NCBI GenBank assembly: GCA_000146045.2
Contig: BK006938.2
Location: 128,001 to 192,000 of the forward strand
Length of the DNA stretch: 64,000 bases
From: TPA_inf: Saccharomyces
Taxonomy: Eukaryota
Direction of reading: 5' to 3'
Under the pieces are notes generated by a model. It saw only the letters and a list, made by a program, of their open reading frames with translations. It did not search any database and was not told where the DNA came from. The translations under genes were made by a program, and so were the position numbers. How positions within the stretch are numbered: the first letter of the stretch is position 1; each line of letters starts with the position of its first letter. Positions 32,995-42,409 of the stretch are shown here, piece after piece.

Positions 32995-35154
32995 CTACCA
33001 ACGTATTGAACTATTAAAACCATTACCGAAAGCGCTATTATCACCAACATTGGAAAAATTAACGTTAGCTTTGTCACTTTTGAACTCGTTAAACGAGCTA
33101 CCATTCCCATCTCCCTCCTTCATTGACTTTGTTGCCATCGATAACGGTGGTGACATAAATTCCATCAAACTAATATCACGACCTTTGTTATCGTTCCCAT
33201 CGGTGCGACCAGCATTGCTACCACCATTAGTATTAACAGAAATATTGTTATTACTGGGAGTACGCGACGCTGGTCCAAATGTTGATGAATCTATGTAATG
33301 ATTGGTTTCACTTGCATCGCCGCTTATTGATTTTGGACCACCACAGCGTAAGCACACTACGTTTTTAGCAAAGTTATGATACGTGCACGTGGAACACTTC
33401 CAATCTCCTGCTCTAAATGGCATGTTGGAGCCACATCCTCCCATACCGATATTGGAATTACAATTATTACTATTGTTACCATTGTTATTATTATTATTAT
33501 TATTGGTATTACTATTACTATTGATACTACCATTATGATGATTGTTATTATGATTGTTATTATGATTGTTATTGTTATTACTGTTGTTCCCATTACCATT
33601 CCCATTACCGTTGATGTTGTTATTAATGTTATATCTATTATTGGTCATATTGTTAATATTATTGTTGTTATTGTTAATATTATTATTATAACGATAATTT
33701 GGGGCTATATTATTATTTCCCGAAAAATGATCCGCTATAATTATCGGCGACCCACTGTTCGATGGTGCCATGTTCAATGAATTTTGTCGCGACAATGGCG
33801 TAATTGCAGGAAAATGAGCTCTATTGTATGTTAAAGCTGCTGGCGTGTTGTTAGCAATCATGTTGAACTCAGGGGCACCATAGGGGTGATTCGCTGCAGT
33901 GTTACTAATATTGCTTGAAGATCCCGAGTTCACGCGATTGTTTAAATTATTTCTACTACTGTTAACATTATTGTTTGAGTTCGCAGTATGTATTTGACTA
34001 TTTGATGGTGCCGGAAAAGAACATCTAAAACATGCAGTACGTCTTTGAAAGTTTGAAAAACCACAAGATGGGCAATTCCAGTCACCTGGTCTTGGTTTGT
34101 TTTTACTTTGAGGGAAAGGCGATAAAATTTCTTGAGCCTTATCGAGTACTCCGGTGGAAGAAGGTTGAAGCTCAAGGACATGTTCCACCACCCTTGGTTG
34201 CTTAGTGTTTGCCAGATTAGATAGGATTGATCTCCCATTCAACGCTAGTACTTCAGTTGCTTCTTCATGTGTTTGGAAGACAACAAATCCTGAGATACTA
34301 TCTTGATCTTCCACATAGGGACTGTTATTTAGACTCCAGTTATTATTAACGTTAGACGTATCTTCTACGATGTTTTTGACAGTCCAAAACCCAACTGGTC
34401 TAACACCATATTGGGTAAACCATGATTCCAACTCACTTTGAGTTGTGTCGGGCGGTAAATTGTTCATGTACAAAATCTTAGATTTCTCTTGCAAAAACGC
34501 TCTAATATCGGTGTGTGAGTCATATGGTTTTGTTAAGACAGATTCCATATCTTCAGGGGAAGTACACTTTTTGTGCAATTGTATTAATATATCCGTTGTC
34601 CTTTTTAAAAGAGAGTATATCTCTGGAACAGAGCCTGCCTCTTCAGTTGGGATTGAAACTTCCAATATTCTAACTATTTCGTCCAAATCCTTCGTATTTT
34701 TGGCTGCATTAATACTAATACTTTTAGTATTACAATTGTTGTTGGAGATTGCTTTCTTTTGTCCCAAAATCTCCGGATGGTTGACACACCATCTATCGAA
34801 TTCCTTCCATAAGTCAAATACTTTCGGATGTTGTAAATAAGAAGTAAGAATAAACCCATCATCTCTCGCTTGACGTGGTAAGGTAACACGGATATGCCAT
34901 GTTGAATACAGGGAAACAAGAACAAAGTCGTCGTTACCAATAACGTCATGAATATCCTTGTCCAATTGCACCATTGCACTCTCCAAACTCTTTGTCGTCC
35001 CGTTTACTTCAATGCTCGGTAAAGAATTGGTCCCATAATGGCATACTAATGTTTCAGCATTCACAATTTGAAATGCTATATTCGCAATGCGACATTGATC
35101 CTTGGGGGTATCTGGCAAATGCGCAACTTGCAGCTCTAGTACCACATAGTGCAT
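32995..35154 (-). CDS. NRP1: Asn-rich RNA-binding protein with an RRM and two RanBP2-type zinc fingers (719 aa).
   Basis: The ATG (reverse complement 35152..35154) gives MHYVVLELQVAHLPDTP…. The RanBP2 fingers are DWNCPSCGFSNFQRRTACFRCSFP and DWKCSTCTYHNFAKNVVCLRCGGP. There is a long poly-N / HNNN region. The 12-codon upstream extension is an artefact. Confidence 0.92.
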   Translation of the reverse strand: MHYVVLELQVAHLPDTPKDQCRIANIAFQIVNAETLVCHYGTNSLPSIEVNGTTKSLESAMVQLDKDIHDVIGNDDFVLVSLYSTWHIRVTLPRQARDDGFILTSYLQHPKVFDLWKEFDRWCVNHPEILGQKKAISNNNCNTKSISINAAKNTKDLDEIVRILEVSIPTEEAGSVPEIYSLLKRTTDILIQLHKKCTSPEDMESVLTKPYDSHTDIRAFLQEKSKILYMNNLPPDTTQSELESWFTQYGVRPVGFWTVKNIVEDTSNVNNNWSLNNSPYVEDQDSISGFVVFQTHEEATEVLALNGRSILSNLANTKQPRVVEHVLELQPSSTGVLDKAQEILSPFPQSKNKPRPGDWNCPSCGFSNFQRRTACFRCSFPAPSNSQIHTANSNNNVNSSRNNLNNRVNSGSSSNISNTAANHPYGAPEFNMIANNTPAALTYNRAHFPAITPLSRQNSLNMAPSNSGSPIIIADHFSGNNNIAPNYRYNNNINNNNNNINNMTNNRYNINNNINGNGNGNGNNSNNNNNHNNNHNNNHHNGSINSNSNTNNNNNNNNGNNSNNCNSNIGMGGCGSNMPFRAGDWKCSTCTYHNFAKNVVCLRCGGPKSISGDASETNHYIDSSTFGPASRTPSNNNISVNTNGGSNAGRTDGNDNKGRDISLMEFMSPPLSMATKSMKEGDGNGSSFNEFKSDKANVNFSNVGDNSAFGNGFNSSIRW
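33430..33720 (-). repeat. NRP1: AAT/AAC-rich coding microsatellite-like region that encodes the poly-Asn prion-like domain of NRP1.
   Basis: The plus strand is dominated by att/gtt triplets (…attgttattattattattattattggtattactattactatt…). It translates on the minus strand to …NNNINNNNNNINN…NGNGNGNGNNSNNNNNHNNNHNNNHHN…NNNNNNNNGNNSNN…. Confidence 0.9.
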
Positions 35155-35448
35155 AATTTCTGTATCAAAAATCACAATAGCAATGCACAATTATCCTAGC
35201 GCTCTTCTTTAGTAATGCTATTTGCATCAAAACCAACTTATTAAACTTGTATGTGTTGAAAAATTTTTCACTTTAAACTTTTCCACTGGGCATCGGCATC
35301 GGAGAATGAAAATATATTACCAAAGTCACATTAAACAAGTACATGACATTACTTAAAGAAAACCCTTTATAATAGGCACTACTATTACTACTGTTACTAA
35401 TTTACAATTATATATGTATATATGTAGATACACAAAGTTATGGAACGC

Positions 35449-36042
35449 CTACTCACTGTCTTCATCGTCTTCGTCATCGCTACGAGGCCCTTGATATTCA
35501 TTTGTGACTCCATCTGGATGTTGTTCTAACCACATCTTTTCCCAAGCAACAATACGGGATACGTTAGATACCATATCTTCTTTCGTATCGCTTTGTAGCT
35601 CTACCACAATGTGCGGTTCGTATGATTCCACGGCATCCTGTTTGACGACACCCATAATCTCGGCATCGAGGTTTTCCTCGATCTTAGAGTCATGATAGCC
35701 TCTTGCATGCAATCTTGAATACAAGTTAGAGTTATCGCATCTCAACACCACCACCAAGTCAATCAGCCTCTCTGGGAACACATCATTGACATGCCAATCG
35801 ACAATACTATTTCCCTGTCTCAAAAGAGGCTCTAGCATGTCCAGCAGTTTGTCTTCATCGACAATGTGCGATTTACGGCCCTCATCATATCCTTCGAAAC
35901 AGTCGTTATCTTTGGCGAAATCCGAAATGTTATAGTATTTGTAATCCTTCAGTTTATTTTTTAAAAACTCACACGTAGACGACTTGCCACATCCTGGTGT
36001 TCCTGTAACAATGATATTCGGTCCATACCGTCTTGCTTCCAT
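35449..36042 (-). CDS. FAP7: Adenylate-kinase-like NTPase required for 40S ribosome biogenesis (197 aa).
   Basis: MEARRYGPNIIVTGTPGCGKSSTCEFLKN… contains a P-loop. The acidic C-terminus is …DDEDDEDSE. ATG confirmed. Confidence 0.94.
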   Translation of the reverse strand: MEARRYGPNIIVTGTPGCGKSSTCEFLKNKLKDYKYYNISDFAKDNDCFEGYDEGRKSHIVDEDKLLDMLEPLLRQGNSIVDWHVNDVFPERLIDLVVVLRCDNSNLYSRLHARGYHDSKIEENLDAEIMGVVKQDAVESYEPHIVVELQSDTKEDMVSNVSRIVAWEKMWLEQHPDGVTNEYQGPRSDDEDDEDSE

Positions 36043-36289
36043 CTTTATATAACAAAGTATTTCTTTATTTTCTAATAGTTCCTTTCTACGAGTCTTGTGT
36101 ATGATTTATAAAGAGTGAGCTCTTTTGTTATGAAGTATATTATTATGTGAGTATTTTTTTATAACTGCGAAAAAGCGAGGCGAACATTAATAAGATAATA
36201 GCAAAACAGGCATTTTTTAAACTAGATATGCAAAAACCACAAGGAAAAACAGGAAGAGAAGAGAATCAAAATATACTATTCCCTACATA

Positions 36290-36865
36290 ATGGAAAAATT
36301 TGGTTTAAAAGCGCTAGTACCGCTCCTTAAGCTAGAGGACAAAGAACTTTCAAGTACATATGACCATTCCATGACCTTAGGAGCGGACTTATCGTCGATG
36401 CTATATTCGTTGGGTATTCCAAGAGATTCACAAGATCACAGAGTCCTCGATACTTTTCAATCACCGTGGGCAGAAACATCCAGAAGCGAAGTGGAGCCCC
36501 GATTTTTCACACCAGAATCATTCACCAATATTCCGGGCGTATTACAATCCACTGTAACTCCACCATGCTTCAATTCCATCCAAAATGACCAACAGCGTGT
36601 TGCCCTTTTTCAAGATGAAACTCTATTTTTCCTCTTCTATAAACACCCTGGTACAGTCATCCAGGAACTAACGTATTTGGAACTCAGGAAAAGGAACTGG
36701 AGATACCACAAGACGTTGAAGGCCTGGCTCACCAAAGATCCTATGATGGAACCTATTGTATCCGCTGATGGTTTAAGTGAAAGGGGATCATATGTGTTTT
36801 TTGACCCACAAAGGTGGGAAAAGTGCCAAAGAGATTTCTTATTGTTTTATAATGCTATTATGTAA
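36290..36865 (+). CDS. CDC36: CCR4-NOT complex subunit NOT2 (191 aa).
   Basis: MEKFGLKALVPLLKLEDKELSSTYDHSMTLGADLSSMLYSLGIPRDSQDHRV…QDETLFFLFYKHPGTVIQELTYLELRKRNWRYHKTLKAWLTKDP… is a NOT2/3/5 domain. ATG at 36290. Confidence 0.94.
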   Translation: MEKFGLKALVPLLKLEDKELSSTYDHSMTLGADLSSMLYSLGIPRDSQDHRVLDTFQSPWAETSRSEVEPRFFTPESFTNIPGVLQSTVTPPCFNSIQNDQQRVALFQDETLFFLFYKHPGTVIQELTYLELRKRNWRYHKTLKAWLTKDPMMEPIVSADGLSERGSYVFFDPQRWEKCQRDFLLFYNAIM

Positions 36866-36986
36866 GGTAGACAGAGAAACGAAAGAAGTAAATAAATGTC
36901 ATTATATGTGATGCGGCGTTTTGGAGCTGAACAGAACGCCCTCTTTTTTTTTTTTAATGATTAATTGAGAAAAATAGTGTGCACAT

Positions 36987-39254
36987 CTAATTTTGCATGT
37001 GGGATTGGTTTTCATACAATTCGACGATCTGGTCAGAAGAGGTTGCATCTTCTACGCCCTTGTCTTCTCTTATACGCAAAAATCTTGGAAATCTTAAGGA
37101 TACGCCTTTATCAAAAGTTGCACTACCTGCTTTATAAATAGGCGATAGGGAAAGGTCTGCAGTCAAAACTTCAAACAAAGTCGTAGGTTCGAACCATACA
37201 TCTGGCTCAGCACTCGAATCGAAAACAAACGTGGCTTTTGGTCCATCAATGATCGTCGGGGTCAACCTGTCGTGCAAAAGCTGCAACATTTCGTCCGAAA
37301 ATCCTGTCCCTATCTTGCAACAAGTTTCAAATTCTCCTGTGTCTTGGTTGTAACATCCTAGAAGGAACCCACCGTACGTACCAGTTCTTTTTCCTCTACC
37401 ATAATATGCCCCCAACACGCAGAGATCCAATGAATCTCCAACCCCCTCCAAGTAATCTTTTTTTAATTTCAACCAGTTTCTTGACCTTTTACTTGGTTCA
37501 TAATGGGATTCAGGGCCCTCCAACATTTTGACCATCAAACCTTCGCATGAGTGATTAACGGACTCATCAAGGAATTTTTGAAGTTCATCAAGGTTATTTG
37601 TTGTTATCTGAGTCGCGTATTGGAATTCTCCCGGGACAACTTTTGTAACCTTCGTCAAGTATTCTCTTCTTTCCTTTAGTGACTTATTAATCAGCCTTTC
37701 ATCGTTGTAGCAAAGTATATCAAATGCAAAGAGACAGACTTTAACTTTAACATCATTCAGCTCCACGTCTTTACGTTTCCTTGTACTTAAGACCTGGAAA
37801 GGCAAAATTTTCCCCTGATCTTTGTCCCAAGCAACAGCCTCACAGTCTAGAATTAAATTTTTGGTAGTATCCAAATCCTGGATAAAATCCGTTATGTTAA
37901 TTTCTGGATATCTCTCAGTCATATTCTCGCCATTTCTGGAATAAATCCTCATTGTACCATCATTTAGTAAATGCACCTGAGCCCTTTCACCATCGTATTT
38001 GTATTCTGACGTAAAAGTTTCGCCTTGAAATCTATCCAATACTTCATTAATTGCCTTGGTAGGCTTGGCTAACATGGGTTTCAATGGAATTCCTGGTCTT
38101 AGAGTACAATATTTATCTAAATTCATAATACCGTGTTCCAGGCATGAGTTTATAACAATTTCATAGTTGGGTACTTGACAAAATGCGTCTCTTATCTTTT
38201 GTTGAGCACTTTCTAACACATCCATGGGGACATCTTTGTCTGGAGAGTCCTCCCTATTTTCATCATGGAGCAAAAGAGCCTTCGATAGGGATATTAAGAC
38301 AGTCTTTTCAGCAAGACCGATTCTCAATTTTGACTCTAGGGATCTAATCAAAAACTTAGCCTCTATACCTTTGCAAGCAGTAAGCATTCTCTTGATCAGC
38401 TTCATCTTTTTTAATTGTGAATCTTTGCCCTGAGTCTTAGCAATAGCTCTAAGATTTTTGAAGACCTCACCCACGGTCAAGGGTTTGGGCTTAAACATAG
38501 TGGGTTGGACATTTCTCGCACCCATTGCTATTTCACCCAAATCCCCAATATCCTTGTATTTAAGTTTAATTTGGCTCATGGATTTCCCGCAAGTTTCGCT
38601 TATGGTTTTCATAAGAAGATTTTCTCCAAGGCCTAATTCCAAGCCTGCTTCGTAGTCAGGGCCCAATCTATTGATGAAAAGGTATGTTGTAGGTATTAAG
38701 TTCTTAGACGATTGCTTCATTATCTTAATAAAGAAATCAGAACAGATTCTTATAATCTCTAAACGGGAAGATATGGCCTCAATCTTGTTAAAAACCTCAC
38801 AAACTTCAGAATAGGGGATATTAGACGAATAGTGATCATTATTATTTGAGCTCAAGGCGTCTTCAACTTCACCTACCAACCTCTGAGATTGTTGCGGTGA
38901 ATCAGCAACACCGGAAGAGGGAGCGGATGATGGTATAGAAGAAAAATTGCTACCCATGGAGCTTGGAGCTGCTACAGTATGTGTAACAGCCGTCTGTTTC
39001 AATTTCTTGGTCGCGTATTCCTCTTCCCCACTAACATTATCCATTCTATCTTCCAGCATATGTTTGGATGATTTTTTGGGAGAAGGAGTACCTTCTGTTG
39101 GCTTATTTTTCATGGAAGTGAAGAATCTAGCCAAAGTGGCTTGTTTAGGCTTCTTACCGGCAGAGGAAGGTAATGAGGATGACATCAATAATGGCAATCT
39201 TGATTTCAAGGGACGTGCAGATGAAAGAAGGCAACCGGTCAGTAATCTGCGCAT
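36987..39254 (-). CDS. CDC9: DNA ligase I (755 aa from the first ATG). The second in-frame ATG at codon 24 is the known start of the nuclear isoform.
   Basis: The first ATG (reverse complement 39252..39254) gives MRRLLTGCLLSSARPLKSRLPLLMSSSLPSSAGKKPKQATLARFF…, a mitochondrial presequence. M24 lies at 39183..39185. The ligase adenylation motif …EYKYDGERAQ… is present. The 23-codon ORF-track extension begins on TTG. Confidence 0.95.
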   Translation of the reverse strand: MRRLLTGCLLSSARPLKSRLPLLMSSSLPSSAGKKPKQATLARFFTSMKNKPTEGTPSPKKSSKHMLEDRMDNVSGEEEYATKKLKQTAVTHTVAAPSSMGSNFSSIPSSAPSSGVADSPQQSQRLVGEVEDALSSNNNDHYSSNIPYSEVCEVFNKIEAISSRLEIIRICSDFFIKIMKQSSKNLIPTTYLFINRLGPDYEAGLELGLGENLLMKTISETCGKSMSQIKLKYKDIGDLGEIAMGARNVQPTMFKPKPLTVGEVFKNLRAIAKTQGKDSQLKKMKLIKRMLTACKGIEAKFLIRSLESKLRIGLAEKTVLISLSKALLLHDENREDSPDKDVPMDVLESAQQKIRDAFCQVPNYEIVINSCLEHGIMNLDKYCTLRPGIPLKPMLAKPTKAINEVLDRFQGETFTSEYKYDGERAQVHLLNDGTMRIYSRNGENMTERYPEINITDFIQDLDTTKNLILDCEAVAWDKDQGKILPFQVLSTRKRKDVELNDVKVKVCLFAFDILCYNDERLINKSLKERREYLTKVTKVVPGEFQYATQITTNNLDELQKFLDESVNHSCEGLMVKMLEGPESHYEPSKRSRNWLKLKKDYLEGVGDSLDLCVLGAYYGRGKRTGTYGGFLLGCYNQDTGEFETCCKIGTGFSDEMLQLLHDRLTPTIIDGPKATFVFDSSAEPDVWFEPTTLFEVLTADLSLSPIYKAGSATFDKGVSLRFPRFLRIREDKGVEDATSSDQIVELYENQSHMQN

Positions 39255-39371
39255 GTAATTGATGAACAATGACGTTAAAAGCTGCTCTAAACCTCCAAAA
39301 TCATTACTTTTATTTTTGAACAAAGTACAGCGAGATGCAAACGCATGGCTTATTGCAGCTAAATTTCACTT

Positions 39372-39390
39372 TCACGCGTTTTCGCGTTAA
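39372..39390. promoter_or_regulatory. MCB (MluI cell-cycle box) pair in the CDC9 promoter: a perfect ACGCGT plus an adjacent TCGCGT.
   Basis: ttcACGCGTtttCGCGTtaa. The ACGCGT is at 39374..39379, about 120 bp upstream of the CDC9 ATG. CDC9 is a classic MBF-regulated G1/S gene. Confidence 0.7.
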
Positions 39391-39713
39391 GGTGAAAAAT
39401 TCCATCAGCCATCTCAAGTGGAGGAACACATCGAAGCGAGCAAAAAGATGACAGAGTTAAACAGCAATAGAACCAGCGGCTGCAGTACGAATTCCTATTG
39501 CAAGTCTTACGGAAGGTTGGTGGGGCCTTATGTTGTTCAAAGTACTTGATTTTGGAAGTATGGTTGTCTGAAATTGTGGCTACGTATAGAGAATCATCCG
39601 GGTAATGATGAAAGTTTCTTTCAATGACAAATAGGAGTTTTAAGAAGTAGAAGAAAGAGCCGTTCGTATGAGTGCCAGGATCAGAAGGAAAGGGAGCAAG
39701 AGGCAGAACAATC

Positions 39714-41078
39714 ATGTCGAAACAATTTGTTAGATCTGCGAAGAATTTGGTGAAAGGGTACTCTTCTACCCAGGTCCTGGTAAGAAATGCAACGTCAAAC
39801 GACAATCATCAAGTGTCCAAGGACTCGTTAATTGAGCTGGCTGAAAAATCATATGATAGCGCAGATTTCTTCGAAATCATGGATATGCTGGACAAAAGAC
39901 TTAACGACAAGGGCAAATACTGGAGGCATATCGCAAAGGCATTGACAGTAATAGATTACTTGATCAGGTTTGGTAGTGAGAATTGTGTTCTTTGGTGTAG
40001 AGAAAATTTATACATCATCAAGACATTGAAGGAGTTCAGGCACGAGGACGATGAGGGCATAGATCAAGGTCAAATCGTTAGGGTCAAAGCAAAAGAATTG
40101 ACTGCATTACTATCTGATGACGAAAGACTGAACGAGGAAAGGAACATGAATATCAAGGGAAGAAACAGGAAAGGAAGAAGAAGAAGGGGAACTGGGCGCA
40201 GTGATGAAAATGACGATGATTTGCAAAGAGCCATTAGTGCTAGCAGGTTGACGGCGGAAGAAGACGAAAGAAGAAGAAAACAGGACGAGGATTATGAAAC
40301 AGCTTTGCAGTTGAGCAAAGAAGAAGAGGAGCTAAAAAGATTGCAAGATTTACAAAGAATGCAACAACAGCAAGGCCAACAACAATTGCAACAACCTATG
40401 TATTATGATATTTTTGGTAACCCAATCACTCCTGAGGAATACGCACAATTTCAATTGCAACAACAGCAACAACAGCAACAACAACAGTTGCAACAACAAC
40501 CAATGTACTACGATGTATTCGGGAATCCTATAACACCCGAAGAACTAGCACAGTTTCAACAACAACAACAACTACAGGAACAACAGTACTTAGCTTCTAT
40601 GCAACAGCAGCAACAGGCAATGTCCAACAATCCATTTGCCAAATCAGAACAGAGCTCAAGTTCACCAAAACGGAACCAACTAGTAGCAGCTTCTTCTCCA
40701 CAGCAACTGCAACAACAAAAACAACAAGAGCCATTGATTCAAAACAGGACAGGCAATCAATCAATGACAGACAAGTATAGTAAACTAAACGAGCTACTAG
40801 CCACAGGAACAGGTATTGATACATTCGGAAATGTAGGGGAGGCTCGTATTCCTGCCCAACATACGAAGACAGGAACATTCATCAATTCTCAAGGAACAGG
40901 ATATAGGCAAGTATCGGATGATCCAAACCACAATCCGTTTTTGAACAGTCAGTATACAGGTTTACCAAGCACTAGCGTCGTACCAACACAAACAGGCTAT
41001 GGCTTTGGTAACCAGTCTCAACAGCAGTCTCAAAATAATGGCTCAAATAACCGGGGATATACTCTAATTGATTTATGA
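39714..41078 (+). CDS. ENT1: Epsin; an ENTH domain followed by UIMs, NPF motifs and a C-terminal clathrin box (454 aa).
   Basis: ATG at 39714 gives MSKQFVRSAKNLVKGYSSTQV…, the ENTH domain. The UIMs are …DLQRAISASRLTAEEDE… and …YETALQLSKEEEE…. There are two NPF motifs. The protein ends …RGYTLIDL. The ORF-track start 39672 is GTG. Confidence 0.94.
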   Translation: MSKQFVRSAKNLVKGYSSTQVLVRNATSNDNHQVSKDSLIELAEKSYDSADFFEIMDMLDKRLNDKGKYWRHIAKALTVIDYLIRFGSENCVLWCRENLYIIKTLKEFRHEDDEGIDQGQIVRVKAKELTALLSDDERLNEERNMNIKGRNRKGRRRRGTGRSDENDDDLQRAISASRLTAEEDERRRKQDEDYETALQLSKEEEELKRLQDLQRMQQQQGQQQLQQPMYYDIFGNPITPEEYAQFQLQQQQQQQQQQLQQQPMYYDVFGNPITPEELAQFQQQQQLQEQQYLASMQQQQQAMSNNPFAKSEQSSSSPKRNQLVAASSPQQLQQQKQQEPLIQNRTGNQSMTDKYSKLNELLATGTGIDTFGNVGEARIPAQHTKTGTFINSQGTGYRQVSDDPNHNPFLNSQYTGLPSTSVVPTQTGYGFGNQSQQQSQNNGSNNRGYTLIDL

Positions 41079-41365
41079 AGTGATTCTGTCATTCCAGTCC
41101 GCATTTCTAATCAGATGAGCATTTTCTCGCATCGCATAATATATATGGACTAAGTAATTTAATCATTTCACAGCGCGTTTTGATGCAAGCGTTTAGTATA
41201 AAATGAACTGTATATTTGTATATGTGAGCGCACGATCGCTCCAAAAACTACTTTAGTAAACTAACGTAGTTCAGGACGACTGAAAGAAAATATAGTGCTT
41301 TAAATTTATCAGACAACCAGGAATGTCTTATGTCTTTACATGGATGTAATGTAAGTTGAATACTT

Positions 41366-41608
41366 TTACATATCCATCAGAAGAAGCCCTACGATACGCT
41401 CTAAATCTTGATGCGATAACTCTAAGGGACTTTTATCGCCACGTTCTCCGTTAATGTCCTTGTGAGATTGCAAGGACCGCAGCACCGCCTCATCAATGAA
41501 TATATCCAAATATTTCTGTATCATTGGTACTACTTCATCGGCAATTTTCATATCATTACCACCTTCATTTTGGCTGAGGATTTTTATTAACGCTTCTTTA
41601 GATAACAT
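41366..41608 (-). CDS. MHF2: Histone-fold protein of the MHF complex (CENP-X orthologue), 80 aa; YDL160C-A.
   Basis: The ATG (reverse complement 41606..41608) gives MLSKEALIKILSQNEGGNDMKIADEVVPMIQKYLDIFIDEAVLRSLQSHKDINGERGDKSPLELSHQDLERIVGLLLMDM. Confidence 0.85.
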   Translation of the reverse strand: MLSKEALIKILSQNEGGNDMKIADEVVPMIQKYLDIFIDEAVLRSLQSHKDINGERGDKSPLELSHQDLERIVGLLLMDM

Positions 41609-41821
41609 CACCACAATTACTGTGCTCTGTACTCATGTCCTTTCTAAGTGCAATAATGTAAATTCTAACACGCTTTTATGTATGATTGATTTTTGATATT
41701 TTGGCCCGAAAGATAATTCTGGTCTCCCGGAAACATGAAGATGCAGCAAAGTAAAAAATAATAGGTAAAAATAATAAAAATACATGTATCTTTTTGGTTG
41801 GTTAATTTATCTAAACAGTTT

Positions 41822-41854
41822 TATATATATATGTATATATATATATATATATAC
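41822..41854. repeat. Interrupted (TA)n dinucleotide repeat.
   Basis: tatatatatatgtatatatatatatatatatata lies between MHF2 and the DHH1 3' end. Confidence 0.9.
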
Positions 41855-41891
41855 ACAGTATTAATATTCTTTCCTTGAGATTACTCTCTAT

Positions 41892-41928
41892 AAAAAAAAA
41901 AAAAAAAAAGCTTTTAAAAAAAAAAAAA
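41892..41928. repeat. Two long poly(dA) tracts (A18 and A13) separated by gcttt.
   Basis: aaaaaaaaaaaaaaaaaagcttttaaaaaaaaaaaaa is probably nucleosome-excluding and lies in the MHF2 promoter / DHH1 3' region. Confidence 0.9.
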
Positions 41929-42409
41929 CTCAAAAAAAGAAAGAATATTCAAAGAAAGTTTCATCTTGTCAGTTGAAATGAATAGTTTATTGTGGAAATT
42001 ATAACAATAAAAGTTAGCTAAAAGCGAAAGTGTCGATGAAACTGGGCAAGTGCACTTGAGCTCTTGATATGGACGGTAGTATTGGTTACAACAATGACTG
42101 GTAAAAGAATGAAGTGGTTTGAGATAATTTTAGAGAAACAAAAAGAAATAACAAAGTGATAGTAATAAAAACGGTGCGCAAATGAGGATAAAAAAATCAG
42201 CACAGAAACTAGAGAAAACGGATAAAAAAATAAAAAAGCAGAGACAAAAATTAAATTACGACTGATTCTTGTTCAAAATCAATAGTAAAAGTATGGTTAC
42301 AAAGTAATGTAATTCACAATGGAGATTTGAAAAAAGATAAAAATAATCGACGATTAGATCACAAAAAAAGCGTATCTCACCACAGTAGTTATTTTTTCTT
42401 AGATATTCT

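Noticed and set aside
33357-33780. Ile/Thr/Val homopolymer ORFs (IITIVTIVIIIII…).
   Set aside because: They are products of reading the NRP1 (AAT)n Asn-coding repeat in other frames or strands.
38224-39258. Plus-strand ORFs inside CDC9 (38224..38433, 38458..38655, 38947..39258; the last corresponds to dubious YDL163W).
   Set aside because: They are antisense to the DNA ligase CDS, with no conservation signal.
39359-39805. 148-aa minus-strand ORF spanning the CDC9 promoter and ENT1 5' end (dubious YDL162C).
   Set aside because: It overlaps the ENT1 start and the MCB-containing promoter. It is Cys/Phe-rich with no domain and is listed as dubious in the reference annotation.
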